Positions 16,150-26,059 of a stretch of DNA of 32,000 nucleotides are shown here, piece after piece. The notes beneath the pieces are model-generated. The model had not been told where the DNA came from, ran no database searches, and was given only the letters and a program-made list of their open reading frames with translations. Source of the DNA: an uncultured Fastidiosipila sp. GTDB taxonomy: Bacteria; Bacillota; Clostridia; Saccharofermentanales; Fastidiosipilaceae. The number at the start of each line of letters is the position of its first letter. The stretch's first letter is position 1. The stretch covers positions 1 through 32,000 of the forward strand of contig CALLQJ010000350.1 in NCBI GenBank assembly GCA_938014865.1. Reading direction: 5' to 3'. A program made the translations under genes and the position numbers.

Positions 16150-17625
16150 TTAAAAGAGCTTGTACTTTGTAATATCCATGCACGCATCACCAAGGGCTTC
16201 GAAGACAATTTCATCAGCACTCAGTTCGGTCTGAACAAGACACGACAGAACGTATTCTCCGCCATTGACAAATATTTCCGCGCTGTAGTGATCCAGTATA
16301 ATCTGCAGATCAAGCACACCGTTCCACGAATCAATTTTGAGATCTTTTTGGTGCATACTCGCCGCACGAATGCCTGAGCGGCTTCGGTCAAGTGTAAGCA
16401 AGGATTCCTGCGGGCGGAACGTTAAACTGCTAAAATTTTTGCCTCCGGCAGCGAAACAGATCCTAAAACAATGGAGCCATTTTTCAGGAATTGTCCGTAA
16501 ACGAACATGCAGTTCCGCGGAGCGTCCGCTGATGCCTTCCAATTGCTGCATTCCGCTCAGGCGCACATTTTTATAGTCAACTTTTTCACTGCGATAACGG
16601 GCCAGTTCACGGATAGGCTGCTGATAAAGTCTGCCGTTTTTAAGCGTTAATTCACGCGGCAGCGTCATTTGCCCCAGCCACTTATTTTTCTTAGGATAAA
16701 CGGCTTTATAAGTTTCCCAGTTCTGCATCCAGGCAACCATGATGCGTCTGCCGTCCGACGCGAGAACTGTCTGCGGGGCATAAAAATCAAGACCGTAGTC
16801 AATGGTATGCACGTGTTCACGGACGAAACGGACAGCATCTTTATCAATCCGTCCGATACAGGCAACAGTTCCTCCTCCGTTCCCGTACTCCGAACCATCC
16901 GGCATCATTTCCATGGGACTTAGCAGCAGAATGGATTTCCCGTCAAGCTCAAAGAGATCCGGACACTCCCACATCATGCCGAGGCTGCCGTCATTTTCAG
17001 CTAAAATACCTTCATAACGCCATGTATAGCAATCCGGACTGCGGTACAACAAAAGGGAGCCAAGCTGATGCTCATTTTTGGCGCTTACAACACAAAAATA
17101 ATCCCCCTCTTTTGAGCGCCAAATTTTAGGATCGCGAAAATCATAGGGGCTCATGCCCGGCGGCAATGAACTTGTATCCAAAACAGGATTTTCACTATGT
17201 TTTGTATAATTAACACCATCGCCTATGGCGATACATTGCATCTGAACTTCCTTGTCAGAATGCGTATGCGATTTGGACACGCCGGTATACATCAAAAGAT
17301 GTTTATCATCATAGGCAATGGCCGTTCCGGAAAAGCATCCGTGTGCATCGTAATTATGGTCAGGTGCAAGTGCCGCAGGAAGATAAGTCCAATGCAGCAA
17401 ATCCTCGCTTACCGCATGCCCCCAATGCATAGTGCCCCAAAATGTATTAAAAGGATAATACTGATAGAACAAATGGTACTGTCCCTTATAGAAAGAAAAA
17501 CCGTTCGGATCATTCATCCAGCCTGTCAAAGGTGTCAAATGAAAGACAGGACGTCCATCCTTCATATCGTTTTTTGCTTTTTCACGTTCAAAGTCTCTGA
17601 CCTTTTTCAATTCATTGCTATGCAT
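16150..17625 (-). CDS. Cytoplasmic GH32 beta-fructofuranosidase / sucrose-6-phosphate hydrolase
   Basis: 491 aa with no signal peptide. All three GH32 catalytic signatures are present: 'GWMNDPNG' (nucleophile), 'FRDPKIW' (RDP) and 'MWECPDLF' (EC acid/base). RBS TAGGAG precedes ATG 17625. Confidence 0.9.
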   Translation of the reverse strand: MHSNELKKVRDFEREKAKNDMKDGRPVFHLTPLTGWMNDPNGFSFYKGQYHLFYQYYPFNTFWGTMHWGHAVSEDLLHWTYLPAALAPDHNYDAHGCFSGTAIAYDDKHLLMYTGVSKSHTHSDKEVQMQCIAIGDGVNYTKHSENPVLDTSSLPPGMSPYDFRDPKIWRSKEGDYFCVVSAKNEHQLGSLLLYRSPDCYTWRYEGILAENDGSLGMMWECPDLFELDGKSILLLSPMEMMPDGSEYGNGGGTVACIGRIDKDAVRFVREHVHTIDYGLDFYAPQTVLASDGRRIMVAWMQNWETYKAVYPKKNKWLGQMTLPRELTLKNGRLYQQPIRELARYRSEKVDYKNVRLSGMQQLEGISGRSAELHVRLRTIPEKWLHCFRICFAAGGKNFSSLTFRPQESLLTLDRSRSGIRAASMHQKDLKIDSWNGVLDLQIILDHYSAEIFVNGGEYVLSCLVQTELSADEIVFEALGDACMDITKYKLF

Positions 17626-17633
17626 AAGATCTC

Positions 17634-19160
17634 CTAAGCGGTAAATTCTTGCAGATTGCTGAATAGTACTTTGTTGTTTTCAGCAAACAAATTAATTGCC
17701 TTTCCGCTGACTCCGTACAAGCGGACCGTTAAAGACGCAATGTCATCCAAATAAAAAATTCCGACAGAGCCTTCTTGTATATAAGTGAAGGAATATTTTA
17801 TTCCGGGCTTCAGCGCAGCATCACAGGAAGTAATTAAGGTATCCCCTTCATTAAAGAGAAGCTTAATTTGCTGATCTTTCGGACTATAGACAATACTTTT
17901 CGATTTGCTTTGATCACCGTCAAAGTCAAAACTGAGACCAAAACTGCCTTCATCTGAATAAGTAAAATCTCCTTTCAGCAAAAAGCTCTCATAAGATGTA
18001 AAAGCTTCCGTATAAAGGTACTTAGCTCCTGCATTCATTTCAACAGTATTGTCCTCTGTTCTGAGCGGTCTCTCCTGATCAAACTGTGAAATTAACTGTT
18101 CAAGCGGAACCAGAATAAGGTCACCATTTTCCTTTTGCTCAATCTTCTGGACGATCAGATTACCGCCCCATGCTGATACCTCACGCAAAGACGATGGTGA
18201 TTCGGAACGACGTGCCCAGCCCGCCATATAATGATCCGTCCCGTCAGAAACGTGTTTAGCGGCATAAAACAGTTTCCCGTCCAGACGCTTAGGTTCAGAA
18301 TAAGGTCCGTACGCTTCTTCAGACCGGGCATACCATAAGGTATCGTCCTGTCCCGAATAAGTCAGATAGTGCACATCACCGATCGAAAATGTATCACTGC
18401 ATTCTAAATTCCAAAACTCTTTCGCAGGATCTGTGAAAATAATCCCTTCATAATTTTGTTCTGTTAAATCCTTATTCAGACTGTACTTCAAAATTCGCGC
18501 CGTACCGTCTTGTTGTGCGGTAATCGTCATGATAATTTTCTCGCCGGCCGGATCGTAATAAGCCTGCGGATCACGGAAGTCCTTTTTTTGTCCCAGTTCT
18601 GCCGGAGGTGTGATCTCCCAGCCTTCACGTTTCTTCCAGCTGTGCAGATTATCACTTTCTGCAAGCATGATTTTTTGCGCATATTCATGCGATTCGGAGG
18701 AAGCCTGTCCCGTATAAAAGAAATAATATTTGTCCTCAACTTTAACTATTGACCCCGTGCCGATCCAGGCATCCTGTCCGCCTTTTCTGCTCGCTTCCAG
18801 TACCGGTTCCGGGTATTCTTTGTATGTAATAAAATCATCGCTTTCCGCCAGATACACAGAGTGATTATAAGAATCACCGCCGTCTTTAAGATAATAAATA
18901 TAAAAAATACCATCCTCGTAGTATGGCATCGGATCACCGACATAAGGCTGTTGAATGCCGTCTTTCTCCGGCAAAAAGAAATACCTATACGCATGAGAAG
19001 CTTCCTGCTTGCCCGGACTCTGTGCATCCGCGTAGTCTTTATCTTCGTCTGTAAAATAGCTCTTTTGCTGCTTCTCGCTGTTCAGTGTACCGTCACAGGC
19101 ACAAAGCAAACTTACGAGCAGTGCACCAATCATCAGCGTTTTAACATTTTTAGAAATCAT
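17634..19160 (-). CDS. Secreted lipoprotein, GH32/GH-J clan beta-fructosidase-like with a diverged nucleophile motif
   Basis: The start is set to ATG 19160 ('MISKNVKTLMIGALLVSLLCAC' is a signal peptide plus lipobox), with GGAGA upstream. It has 'FRDPQAYY' (RDP) and 'WNLECSDTF' (EC), but 'YVGDPMPYY' replaces WMNDPNG. A C-terminal beta-sandwich follows. Confidence 0.7.
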   Translation of the reverse strand: MISKNVKTLMIGALLVSLLCACDGTLNSEKQQKSYFTDEDKDYADAQSPGKQEASHAYRYFFLPEKDGIQQPYVGDPMPYYEDGIFYIYYLKDGGDSYNHSVYLAESDDFITYKEYPEPVLEASRKGGQDAWIGTGSIVKVEDKYYFFYTGQASSESHEYAQKIMLAESDNLHSWKKREGWEITPPAELGQKKDFRDPQAYYDPAGEKIIMTITAQQDGTARILKYSLNKDLTEQNYEGIIFTDPAKEFWNLECSDTFSIGDVHYLTYSGQDDTLWYARSEEAYGPYSEPKRLDGKLFYAAKHVSDGTDHYMAGWARRSESPSSLREVSAWGGNLIVQKIEQKENGDLILVPLEQLISQFDQERPLRTEDNTVEMNAGAKYLYTEAFTSYESFLLKGDFTYSDEGSFGLSFDFDGDQSKSKSIVYSPKDQQIKLLFNEGDTLITSCDAALKPGIKYSFTYIQEGSVGIFYLDDIASLTVRLYGVSGKAINLFAENNKVLFSNLQEFTA

Positions 19161-19238
19161 AAGTTCTCCGAAATCGCGGAACATGTGCATAGGGGGAGAG
19201 CCGTTCTCCCCCCTATTGCATTCCGCCAAAATATTCAC

Positions 19239-21071
19239 TTATTGAACCTTCGTTTGATAAATCTTCATATCCTCTATCTCTATGGTGACATCATCCAGAT
19301 TCGAGAGTTCTTCAGAGCCGAATTGGAAAAGGAGCTCAAAGTCCATATCCATCACGAATGTTTCGTCCGTCTTATAAGTAAATGTTTGTGCTTCGGGCGT
19401 CAGATCAATAGACTCCGCAATGCGCGGATCCCAGCCGCCAAGCGGGTTCAAGAAAACTCCGGCCGATATATTTTCATCTGCCCGTGCTTTGATTTCAATT
19501 GTGTAATAACTGTCAGACTGCAGGACCAGCGGGTTCCCGGTGTAGCCGAAAATCAATTTATTATGCCAGTCAACCGTACCGCCGTCATCAATGCGATAGA
19601 AGAGGCTGCCGTCTTCTGTCCAAATCGTACCTACACCTTTATCATGATCCTCATCGGTTCCGTTAAAAGTCTCCCACAATTTATCCGGATTGTTTCCGTT
19701 GGAGGTATTGCTGCCAAAAGCCATAAAACTGTCAATCATCTTCTCCGTTTCGAGATCGCCTTCAAGCTTTCCGAATTCAACGGAATGAATAAGCAATTTA
19801 TTCGTCGTGACCCCTTCCGCCGGATCACCGATCTGGAATCTGATCGTAGGATCATCTACCGGGTTCTCGGCTGTAAACTGCCCCTCAAGCTGAACTTCTT
19901 CTCCTGCTGCTGCCGTCAGCCCGCTGAACGAAACACGCTGCTTGTCATATTGGCTTTTGCTTTCGACTAGAATTTCACCGCCCTGATCCGCTTCGGATTC
20001 GAGTGTAATGACATAATAATACTTCTGATCTTTCTCTATTTTCACATCTTCCAGCGCTACGTCTGCCTTTATGCTCCAAACACCGCCTTCCGCGGGATAA
20101 GAAGCAATGCTGACCTCATTTGCACCTGCTAAACTTGCTTCTGCTCCGTCTCCTGCTTCCACTTCAGCAGAGACACCATCTGTGAAATCTGTTTTAAAGA
20201 GCTTTACTTTTGTTTGTTCGCCTGTGATCTTATAGATCTCGATTTTATCAATGACGATTGTGAAATTTTCCGGTGTTGTATCGTCAGGATTATCAGGATT
20301 AGGCGTGATCTTTCCGACATTAAACATCAGCTCGGCACTGCCTTCTCCTTCAGAACTGAAGTCCATTTCCAAAGGTGCAAGCTTAGGTCCGATCTCCACA
20401 TTAAATGCACCGCCGAAGGTCTTCCATTCTTCAGCCTTCTCATCTCTGGCTAAAATGTGTGCATACGTCTCTTTATCCGACTTTGCCCAGATTTTTACTT
20501 TATAGTCAGCTTTTTCCAGCTTAAAGCCGGGTTTCACAAGCTGAACATCACCGTCTCCTTCGCCGGGAGACTCTACGGAGAGAACGTAGGCACCTTTTTC
20601 AAGTTTCGCCTCCGCTTCTGCATTATCAGAAAGCTTAAACTCCCAGCCATGTGTGTCTTTTACTTCTTCCGTCGAAAAATCAAAATCTTTGTAGAGTATC
20701 TCTTCGCTTGTTTTCTTGGTAACGGTGAGGGTGGAATAAGCTTCAGCCGACATACCATCGTCATCCGTTACAGAATATGTCAATTCATAAGAGCCTGCTT
20801 TATCCGGTACCACCTGCCCGTTTTTAAAATCCAGTGAAGGCGTAGAATCCAGCTTAATAAGGTCACTGAGATCTTCGCCGTCTTTGCCCTCAGCGCTTAC
20901 GCCTTCGAGCGCATTGAACACTTGTCCCTCTTCAACTTTTTGATCTTCTACACCATTAATGACCGGAGCCGATTTGTCCGGCTCAGGTTCTTTATCCGAT
21001 CCCCCGCAAGCCGCCAAAGCAACAGCCGATGCTAAGATCATTGAGATAATCAGATTCCTTTGTTTTTTCAT
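19239..21071 (-). CDS. Surface lipoprotein with an Ig-like (DUF5011-type) domain and three CBM-like beta-sandwich modules
   Basis: 610 aa with lipobox 'AVALAACGG'. 'APVINGVEDQKV...GEDLSDLIKLD...GSYELTYSVTDDDGMSAEAYSTLTV' resembles Ig-like DUF5011/HYR-type repeats. No catalytic motif was recognised. The stop at 19239 abuts the end (19238) of the upstream ORF extension of the next gene, whose real start is 19160. Confidence 0.55.
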   Translation of the reverse strand: MKKQRNLIISMILASAVALAACGGSDKEPEPDKSAPVINGVEDQKVEEGQVFNALEGVSAEGKDGEDLSDLIKLDSTPSLDFKNGQVVPDKAGSYELTYSVTDDDGMSAEAYSTLTVTKKTSEEILYKDFDFSTEEVKDTHGWEFKLSDNAEAEAKLEKGAYVLSVESPGEGDGDVQLVKPGFKLEKADYKVKIWAKSDKETYAHILARDEKAEEWKTFGGAFNVEIGPKLAPLEMDFSSEGEGSAELMFNVGKITPNPDNPDDTTPENFTIVIDKIEIYKITGEQTKVKLFKTDFTDGVSAEVEAGDGAEASLAGANEVSIASYPAEGGVWSIKADVALEDVKIEKDQKYYYVITLESEADQGGEILVESKSQYDKQRVSFSGLTAAAGEEVQLEGQFTAENPVDDPTIRFQIGDPAEGVTTNKLLIHSVEFGKLEGDLETEKMIDSFMAFGSNTSNGNNPDKLWETFNGTDEDHDKGVGTIWTEDGSLFYRIDDGGTVDWHNKLIFGYTGNPLVLQSDSYYTIEIKARADENISAGVFLNPLGGWDPRIAESIDLTPEAQTFTYKTDETFVMDMDFELLFQFGSEELSNLDDVTIEIEDMKIYQTKVQ

Positions 21072-21092
21072 TTTTCATCTACCTTTCATTTT

Positions 21093-22781
21093 TTATTGAC
21101 TCTCTCTATAACGGTCATAGGCATTCTGATACACTTGTTTAATATCATTCAGCATTGTTTTTCCGGTCAGCTCGCTTTGGAAATTTTCCCATTCCTCATC
21201 GCTGACTCCGCCTTTCAGCAGCCAGTTGATCTGATTTGTCCGAATATAATCGTTGAGATTTGTCTCGTAATTGGCCAATGTGTTGAGTTCATCCAGGGTG
21301 AACTGCAAATTCGGGAACTGCTTCACATTTTCCGGAATAAAAGGTGTCGCATTCTCAGCAAGACGCTCCACTCTCAATTTGGCACGCGGTTCCATATGCA
21401 CAACATTATTCCATGCGTAATCATCCAGATAAATGATGCCTAAAGGCGCATTCTGCAGACGCAGTTCATCGGCAGTCACCCCTTCAGGAAGCGGTTTTTG
21501 GACAAGCATGCCTTCACTGTCTTTCTCCTCTTCATAAACAATACCGATGGGTCCGTAGTTAATCTGTGCAGAAATCTCAGGATCATAATAACGATCGAAA
21601 TAGCTGAGCAAGGCTTCAGGATATTTGCAGTTCGTCAAGATAACCAGCTCTCCCGTGCCGATTTCCGGATTATTCGAAACACTTACAGTCTGTTCTCCGT
21701 CGGGTCCGATAAGAGGATTCATGACGACATAGTTTTCCGGATTTGTCACAACGGTCTCACTTTCCCACCAGTAGAAAGCGCCATACGTTTCCAGCCCTTT
21801 GCCGTTCGCGAGAAAATTATCCTGAGACTGTTCAAATGAAACACGATCAATAAGACCTTTTTCCACCCAGTCCGCAATAAAATTCGTAGCTTCTTTAAAT
21901 TCTTCTTCTTGGACTGTATAAACAACCTTCTCGTCAACGATAATTCTGTGCTCTAAGTTTTCATTCAAGCCAAACATTCCGTAAAGGTCATTTTGATTAC
22001 CCTGCCAGTTGTTATAAACAAAACTCATGGGACGTTCATCGGTATTATCGCCGTTCCCGTTCATATCATTGTCGCGGAAATACGTCAGCATCTCCTCCAT
22101 CTGCGCAGAAGTCATAGCCATTCCGTCTTTTATATCTTCTTTTTTCAATGCTGTGACCGCATTCGCCTCAATCGCCTGTTCTGCCCAAACCTTATTCAGG
22201 AATAAGAGATTCGGATTCTGCAGCAGATCCATTTCTTCTACTCTGGGAAGTGTGTAGATTTTACCGTCTTCAACATTGATCAGCTGATTTTTAATATCAG
22301 GACGTTCCTCAAGAATCTTGCTGAAATTGGGCATGTACTCGAGATAATCACTTATCGGCAAGAGCACTTTCCGCTTTGCATATTTAATAACTTCGCCCGC
22401 ACTCATGCCTGCATGGTAAATCGCATCCGGTCTGTCATCTTTATTTCCGAAAACCAAATTTTTCTGCTGGGTATAAACGGATTCAGATACATTTTCCCAA
22501 TCCACCTTTACGTTCGTCTGATCAAAAAGATCCTCCATAATTTTCATATCGTTATAATCCAGCGCAGAAGCATTTTTGGAAGAATAAACGGTATAAGAAA
22601 TTTCTTGTGCGCCTTTATCATTCAGAATTTTTTCATCTGTATTCTGATACTGATAACCGTATGTATTTGTCAGCAGATCAAGATCCGCGTCCGAGCTGTC
22701 ATTATTTCCTGTTTTTTGTCCGCATGCAGACAACAGAAACATTGCTGCTGAAATCACAGCAAAACTTTTTGCTTTTTTCAT
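21093..22781 (-). CDS. Large (LplA-type) extracellular solute-binding lipoprotein
   Basis: 562 aa with lipobox 'FLLSACGQ'. The size and context, directly downstream of LplB/LplC-type permeases, are typical of this SBP class. RBS GGAGG precedes ATG 22781. Confidence 0.8.
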   Translation of the reverse strand: MKKAKSFAVISAAMFLLSACGQKTGNNDSSDADLDLLTNTYGYQYQNTDEKILNDKGAQEISYTVYSSKNASALDYNDMKIMEDLFDQTNVKVDWENVSESVYTQQKNLVFGNKDDRPDAIYHAGMSAGEVIKYAKRKVLLPISDYLEYMPNFSKILEERPDIKNQLINVEDGKIYTLPRVEEMDLLQNPNLLFLNKVWAEQAIEANAVTALKKEDIKDGMAMTSAQMEEMLTYFRDNDMNGNGDNTDERPMSFVYNNWQGNQNDLYGMFGLNENLEHRIIVDEKVVYTVQEEEFKEATNFIADWVEKGLIDRVSFEQSQDNFLANGKGLETYGAFYWWESETVVTNPENYVVMNPLIGPDGEQTVSVSNNPEIGTGELVILTNCKYPEALLSYFDRYYDPEISAQINYGPIGIVYEEEKDSEGMLVQKPLPEGVTADELRLQNAPLGIIYLDDYAWNNVVHMEPRAKLRVERLAENATPFIPENVKQFPNLQFTLDELNTLANYETNLNDYIRTNQINWLLKGGVSDEEWENFQSELTGKTMLNDIKQVYQNAYDRYRESQ

Positions 22782-22832
22782 ATTAACCTCCGGATTTTTA
22801 TAAAACTGCTTAACATGCTTTCCCTGTTTTCC

Positions 22833-23750
22833 TTATGCCTTGATCGACCCCACCATGACGCCCTGATTGAAATATTTTTGTACAAAAGGATACAAGCAGA
22901 GGACCGGCAAGCTCGATACAATGACGGTGACATACTTCAGCTGATTGGCCAGTCGGTACTGCTGCAGGATCGTTTCACCGCTGCCTCCGACCGTACTCTC
23001 AGATGCAATCAAAATTTCTTTTAGAATGAGCTGCAAAGGATAAAGTTCTTTATTTTGCAGGAAGATCATTGCGTTAAAATAACTGTTCCACTGACCGACG
23101 GCATAATAAAGTCCCATCACAGCGATTATGGCTTTAGCCAATGGCAAAACAATTGTGAGGAAGGTCCTGTATATACCGGCTCCGTCAATTTTTGCCGCTT
23201 CAACCAGGCCGTCCGGTATAGAGGATTCAAAAAATGCCTTGCTCATGAATAAATTCCAAACGGACAGAACAGCAGGCAGTATCAAAGCCCAAATGGTATT
23301 GATCAGATTTAATTTGCTCATCACATTGTAAAAAGGAATCAGCCCGCCGCCGAAAAACATCGGGACAATAAAGTAGAACATCCAGAATTGTTTGCCGGGC
23401 AGCGTTTTGCGGCTGAGGGCCCAGCCTGCAGGTATGGTTACTCCCAATGCCAGTACAACTGTCAGCAGCGTATAAATAATAGTATTAAGATATCCGCCCC
23501 AAATATCTTTGCGTTTCATGACCTCTCTGTAGCCATCCAGAGTAATCTTCACCGGATACAGAGTAACTTGTCCTGCCAAAACCGCTTCAGGATCTGAAAA
23601 AGAAGCAATAATAATGAAGTACAAAGGATAGATGATAATAATCGCCAGAAACGTTAAAAATAGGGTATTAAAAGCATAGAACACTTTATCCCTGCGGGAG
23701 TCTTTAAGAAAATCTGTCTTTTGTACTGTATTCATTTTTTTCTTCGACAT
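22833..23750 (-). CDS. Carbohydrate ABC transporter permease (LplC-like)
   Basis: EAA loop 'EAAKIDGAGIYRTFLTIVLPLAKA'. The start is set to ATG 23750 ('MSKKKMNTVQK'), with AAGGGGG upstream. The listed start 23768 is a GTG overlapping the previous gene. Confidence 0.85.
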   Translation of the reverse strand: MSKKKMNTVQKTDFLKDSRRDKVFYAFNTLFLTFLAIIIIYPLYFIIIASFSDPEAVLAGQVTLYPVKITLDGYREVMKRKDIWGGYLNTIIYTLLTVVLALGVTIPAGWALSRKTLPGKQFWMFYFIVPMFFGGGLIPFYNVMSKLNLINTIWALILPAVLSVWNLFMSKAFFESSIPDGLVEAAKIDGAGIYRTFLTIVLPLAKAIIAVMGLYYAVGQWNSYFNAMIFLQNKELYPLQLILKEILIASESTVGGSGETILQQYRLANQLKYVTVIVSSLPVLCLYPFVQKYFNQGVMVGSIKA

Positions 23751-23761
23751 AAAAACCCCCT

Positions 23762-24727
23762 TCACCACAAGGAATTTTCAGAAAAACGCCTGGATGTTGT
23801 ATTGGCAATAATCAACAAAACTACATTAATTACCGAATTAAAAAGCCCGATGGCTGTCGCATAACCTTGATCCGGCAAACCGGTCAGACCGCGTTTATAG
23901 ACATAAGTGGCTATGATCTCACTAACAGGCAAGTTACCGTCCGTTTGCATAAGCAGAGCTTTTTCATAGCCGACGCCCATCAGACCGCCAATGGACATGA
24001 TCAGCATGACACTGACCATCGGCATGATCGCCGGGAAATCGACATGTATAACTCTCTGAAAACGGGTAGCCCCGTCAATCATGGCTGCTTCATGCTGTTC
24101 GGGCTCAACGGAAGCTAACGCAGCAATATAGATAACTGCACTCCAGCCGAAATCCTGCCAGTTGCTGGACAAAATATACATGGCTCTGAAAGCCCCCGGC
24201 TCCAGGAAATAAGAATATTTTTCGCCGCCCCAGGAAGCTACCAGATTATTGATCAAACCGTGCCAGCCGAAAAAGAGCTGGAGCATACCTACAAGAACCA
24301 CAAGTGATATAAAATGCGGCGCCGTAAATATTGTCTGCAAATATTTGGCCGACTTGCGATTCTTCATAGCATTTAGGGAGAGGGCTACGATAATCGGTAA
24401 AGGGAAACCAATGATAAAACCATAGATACAAAGCAAAAATGTATTTTTCATCAGTGACCAAAACTGCACATCATTAAAAAAGCGCTTAAAATTGTTAAAT
24501 CCGACCCATATCGTATCGGCAGATAAAATATTGTCACCCGGCATAAAATCTTGAAATGCAATCAAAACTCCGTAGATCGGTAAATAATTAAAGAGAAAAA
24601 CAAGCAATACTGCAGGAAACAGCAGGACTAAATACGGAAAGTTATCTTTAAACTGCTTACGTTTCCTGTATCTTTTAGCTTGTTTTTCTGCAGAGGACAC
24701 AGATAATTGCCTCGCCCCGTCTTTCAT
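23762..24727 (-). CDS. Carbohydrate ABC transporter permease (LplB-like)
   Basis: 321 aa polytopic protein with EAA loop 'EAAMIDGATRFQRVIHVDFPAIMP'. RBS AAGGAGGG precedes ATG 24727. It is the first gene of a six-gene minus-strand operon ending at 16150. Confidence 0.85.
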   Translation of the reverse strand: MKDGARQLSVSSAEKQAKRYRKRKQFKDNFPYLVLLFPAVLLVFLFNYLPIYGVLIAFQDFMPGDNILSADTIWVGFNNFKRFFNDVQFWSLMKNTFLLCIYGFIIGFPLPIIVALSLNAMKNRKSAKYLQTIFTAPHFISLVVLVGMLQLFFGWHGLINNLVASWGGEKYSYFLEPGAFRAMYILSSNWQDFGWSAVIYIAALASVEPEQHEAAMIDGATRFQRVIHVDFPAIMPMVSVMLIMSIGGLMGVGYEKALLMQTDGNLPVSEIIATYVYKRGLTGLPDQGYATAIGLFNSVINVVLLIIANTTSRRFSENSLW

Positions 24728-24945
24728 ACGACCCTCCTTGCTCTTTTTTTACACTTGTAAACATTTTCCGCAAAAAACAGCCTGCGAATCACATAAATTT
24801 GTTTACATGATGTAATGTTTTGATTTACATTTTATTATCGTTATGTTCGTTTGTCAACTAATCCTTTGTTTTTATCAAATAAATTAGGGAAATTTCATAA
24901 TACTTTATAAAGAAATGTAAATTAAAAGTCGTTCTAGTACCAGCT

Positions 24946-24961
24946 GTTTACATTTGTAAAC
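24946..24961. promoter_or_regulatory. Candidate LacI-family operator (GTTTACA-tt-TGTAAAC)
   Basis: Perfect 7-bp inverted repeat in the divergent lacI / ABC-operon intergenic region. Related copies are gtttaca-tga-tgtaatg (24801-24817) and a TGTAAAC half-site (24766-24772), the latter 39 bp upstream of the permease ATG. Confidence 0.4.
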
Positions 24962-25006
24962 TTTTATGCCACAATATACTAGTGATGATGCTATGAGGCT
25001 AAATTA

Positions 25007-26059
25007 ATGAAAGTCGGGTGTTTTATGAACAAAAAACGTGTCACCATGCAAGATATAGCGGATACCTGCGGATTATCACGAAATACAGTTTCAAAAGTTT
25101 TCAATCAGCGCGGTTCGGTTAAAGACTCCACCAGAGAGCTTGTTCTGGAGACCGCACAAGCGCTAGGCTACTACGTCCCTAATCTTTCTGCCGCCAGCTT
25201 TTCTGAACCTTCCGGCAGCAGTATTGCCTTACTTACAGGAAATATGCCGGTCAATTATCATTTCGCCGCTTATTTATTCACGTCTTTCACTGATCAGGTA
25301 AGCCGCGCCGGTTACACCCTTAAAATATTTGAAATTACAGCTGAAGAAATGCAGGAAAAACGCTTGCCTCTGCATTTTATTACGCAAGAGACTGCCGGTA
25401 TTATTTGCATTGAATTGTTTGACGCAGACTACTTGGAGATGCTCTGCGGTTTAGGCATACCGACCGTCTCCATTGACAGCACAACTGATGCTTTATCAGA
25501 AATTATGCATTGTGATTTTGTCGCAATGGAAAATATTGCCGGAAGCACATCACTTGTCCGTCATTTAACGGATCAAGGCATAAAAGAAATTGGTTTTGTC
25601 GGAGATATTAAACATTGCGGCTCGTTCTATGAACGCTGGCTTGGCTATATTGGCGGCTTAGATGATGCAGGGCTTTCGCTTAACAAGGATTGCTGTATTT
25701 TAGAAAAGGATAACTTACCTTACGGAGATCCTGATTGGCTTTTGCAAGAGCTGAACAAGCTTTCCGTTTTTCCTGAGGCCTTCATATGCGCCAATGATTA
25801 TATTGCACTGAACCTCATGACTGCTCTGAAGAAAAAGGGCCTGGCCATACCGGACGATGTTTTAATTGCCGGTTTTGACGGCATACCGCAAACTGCCATT
25901 ACAGATCCCCCGCTTACAACAGTCAATATTCCGGGCGAATACATCAGCAATCTTACCGCCGATATGCTCATCAAGCGCATTAAAAATCCGCAGCTGCCGT
26001 TCATCTGGACTCGTGTAAAGACGACACCTGAGTTTCGCAAAAGCACAGAAAAGCAATAA
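25007..26059 (+). CDS. LacI family transcriptional regulator
   Basis: N-terminal HTH 'VTMQDIADTCGLSRNTVSKVFN' plus a periplasmic-binding-protein-like sugar-sensing body ('FICANDYIALNLMTALKKKGLAIPDDVLIAGFDG'). The start is either ATG 25007 (GAGG 8 nt upstream) or ATG 25025 ('MNKKRVTMQDIA', which gives the more typical length). Confidence 0.88.
   Translation: MKVGCFMNKKRVTMQDIADTCGLSRNTVSKVFNQRGSVKDSTRELVLETAQALGYYVPNLSAASFSEPSGSSIALLTGNMPVNYHFAAYLFTSFTDQVSRAGYTLKIFEITAEEMQEKRLPLHFITQETAGIICIELFDADYLEMLCGLGIPTVSIDSTTDALSEIMHCDFVAMENIAGSTSLVRHLTDQGIKEIGFVGDIKHCGSFYERWLGYIGGLDDAGLSLNKDCCILEKDNLPYGDPDWLLQELNKLSVFPEAFICANDYIALNLMTALKKKGLAIPDDVLIAGFDGIPQTAITDPPLTTVNIPGEYISNLTADMLIKRIKNPQLPFIWTRVKTTPEFRKSTEKQ

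Noticed and set aside
18861-19970. 369-aa plus-strand ORF
   Set aside because: It lies entirely antisense to the two well-supported lipoprotein genes (17634-19160 and 19239-21071). The translation is low-complexity (runs of I/L/F/R), with no RBS and no recognisable motif. It is a typical shadow ORF.
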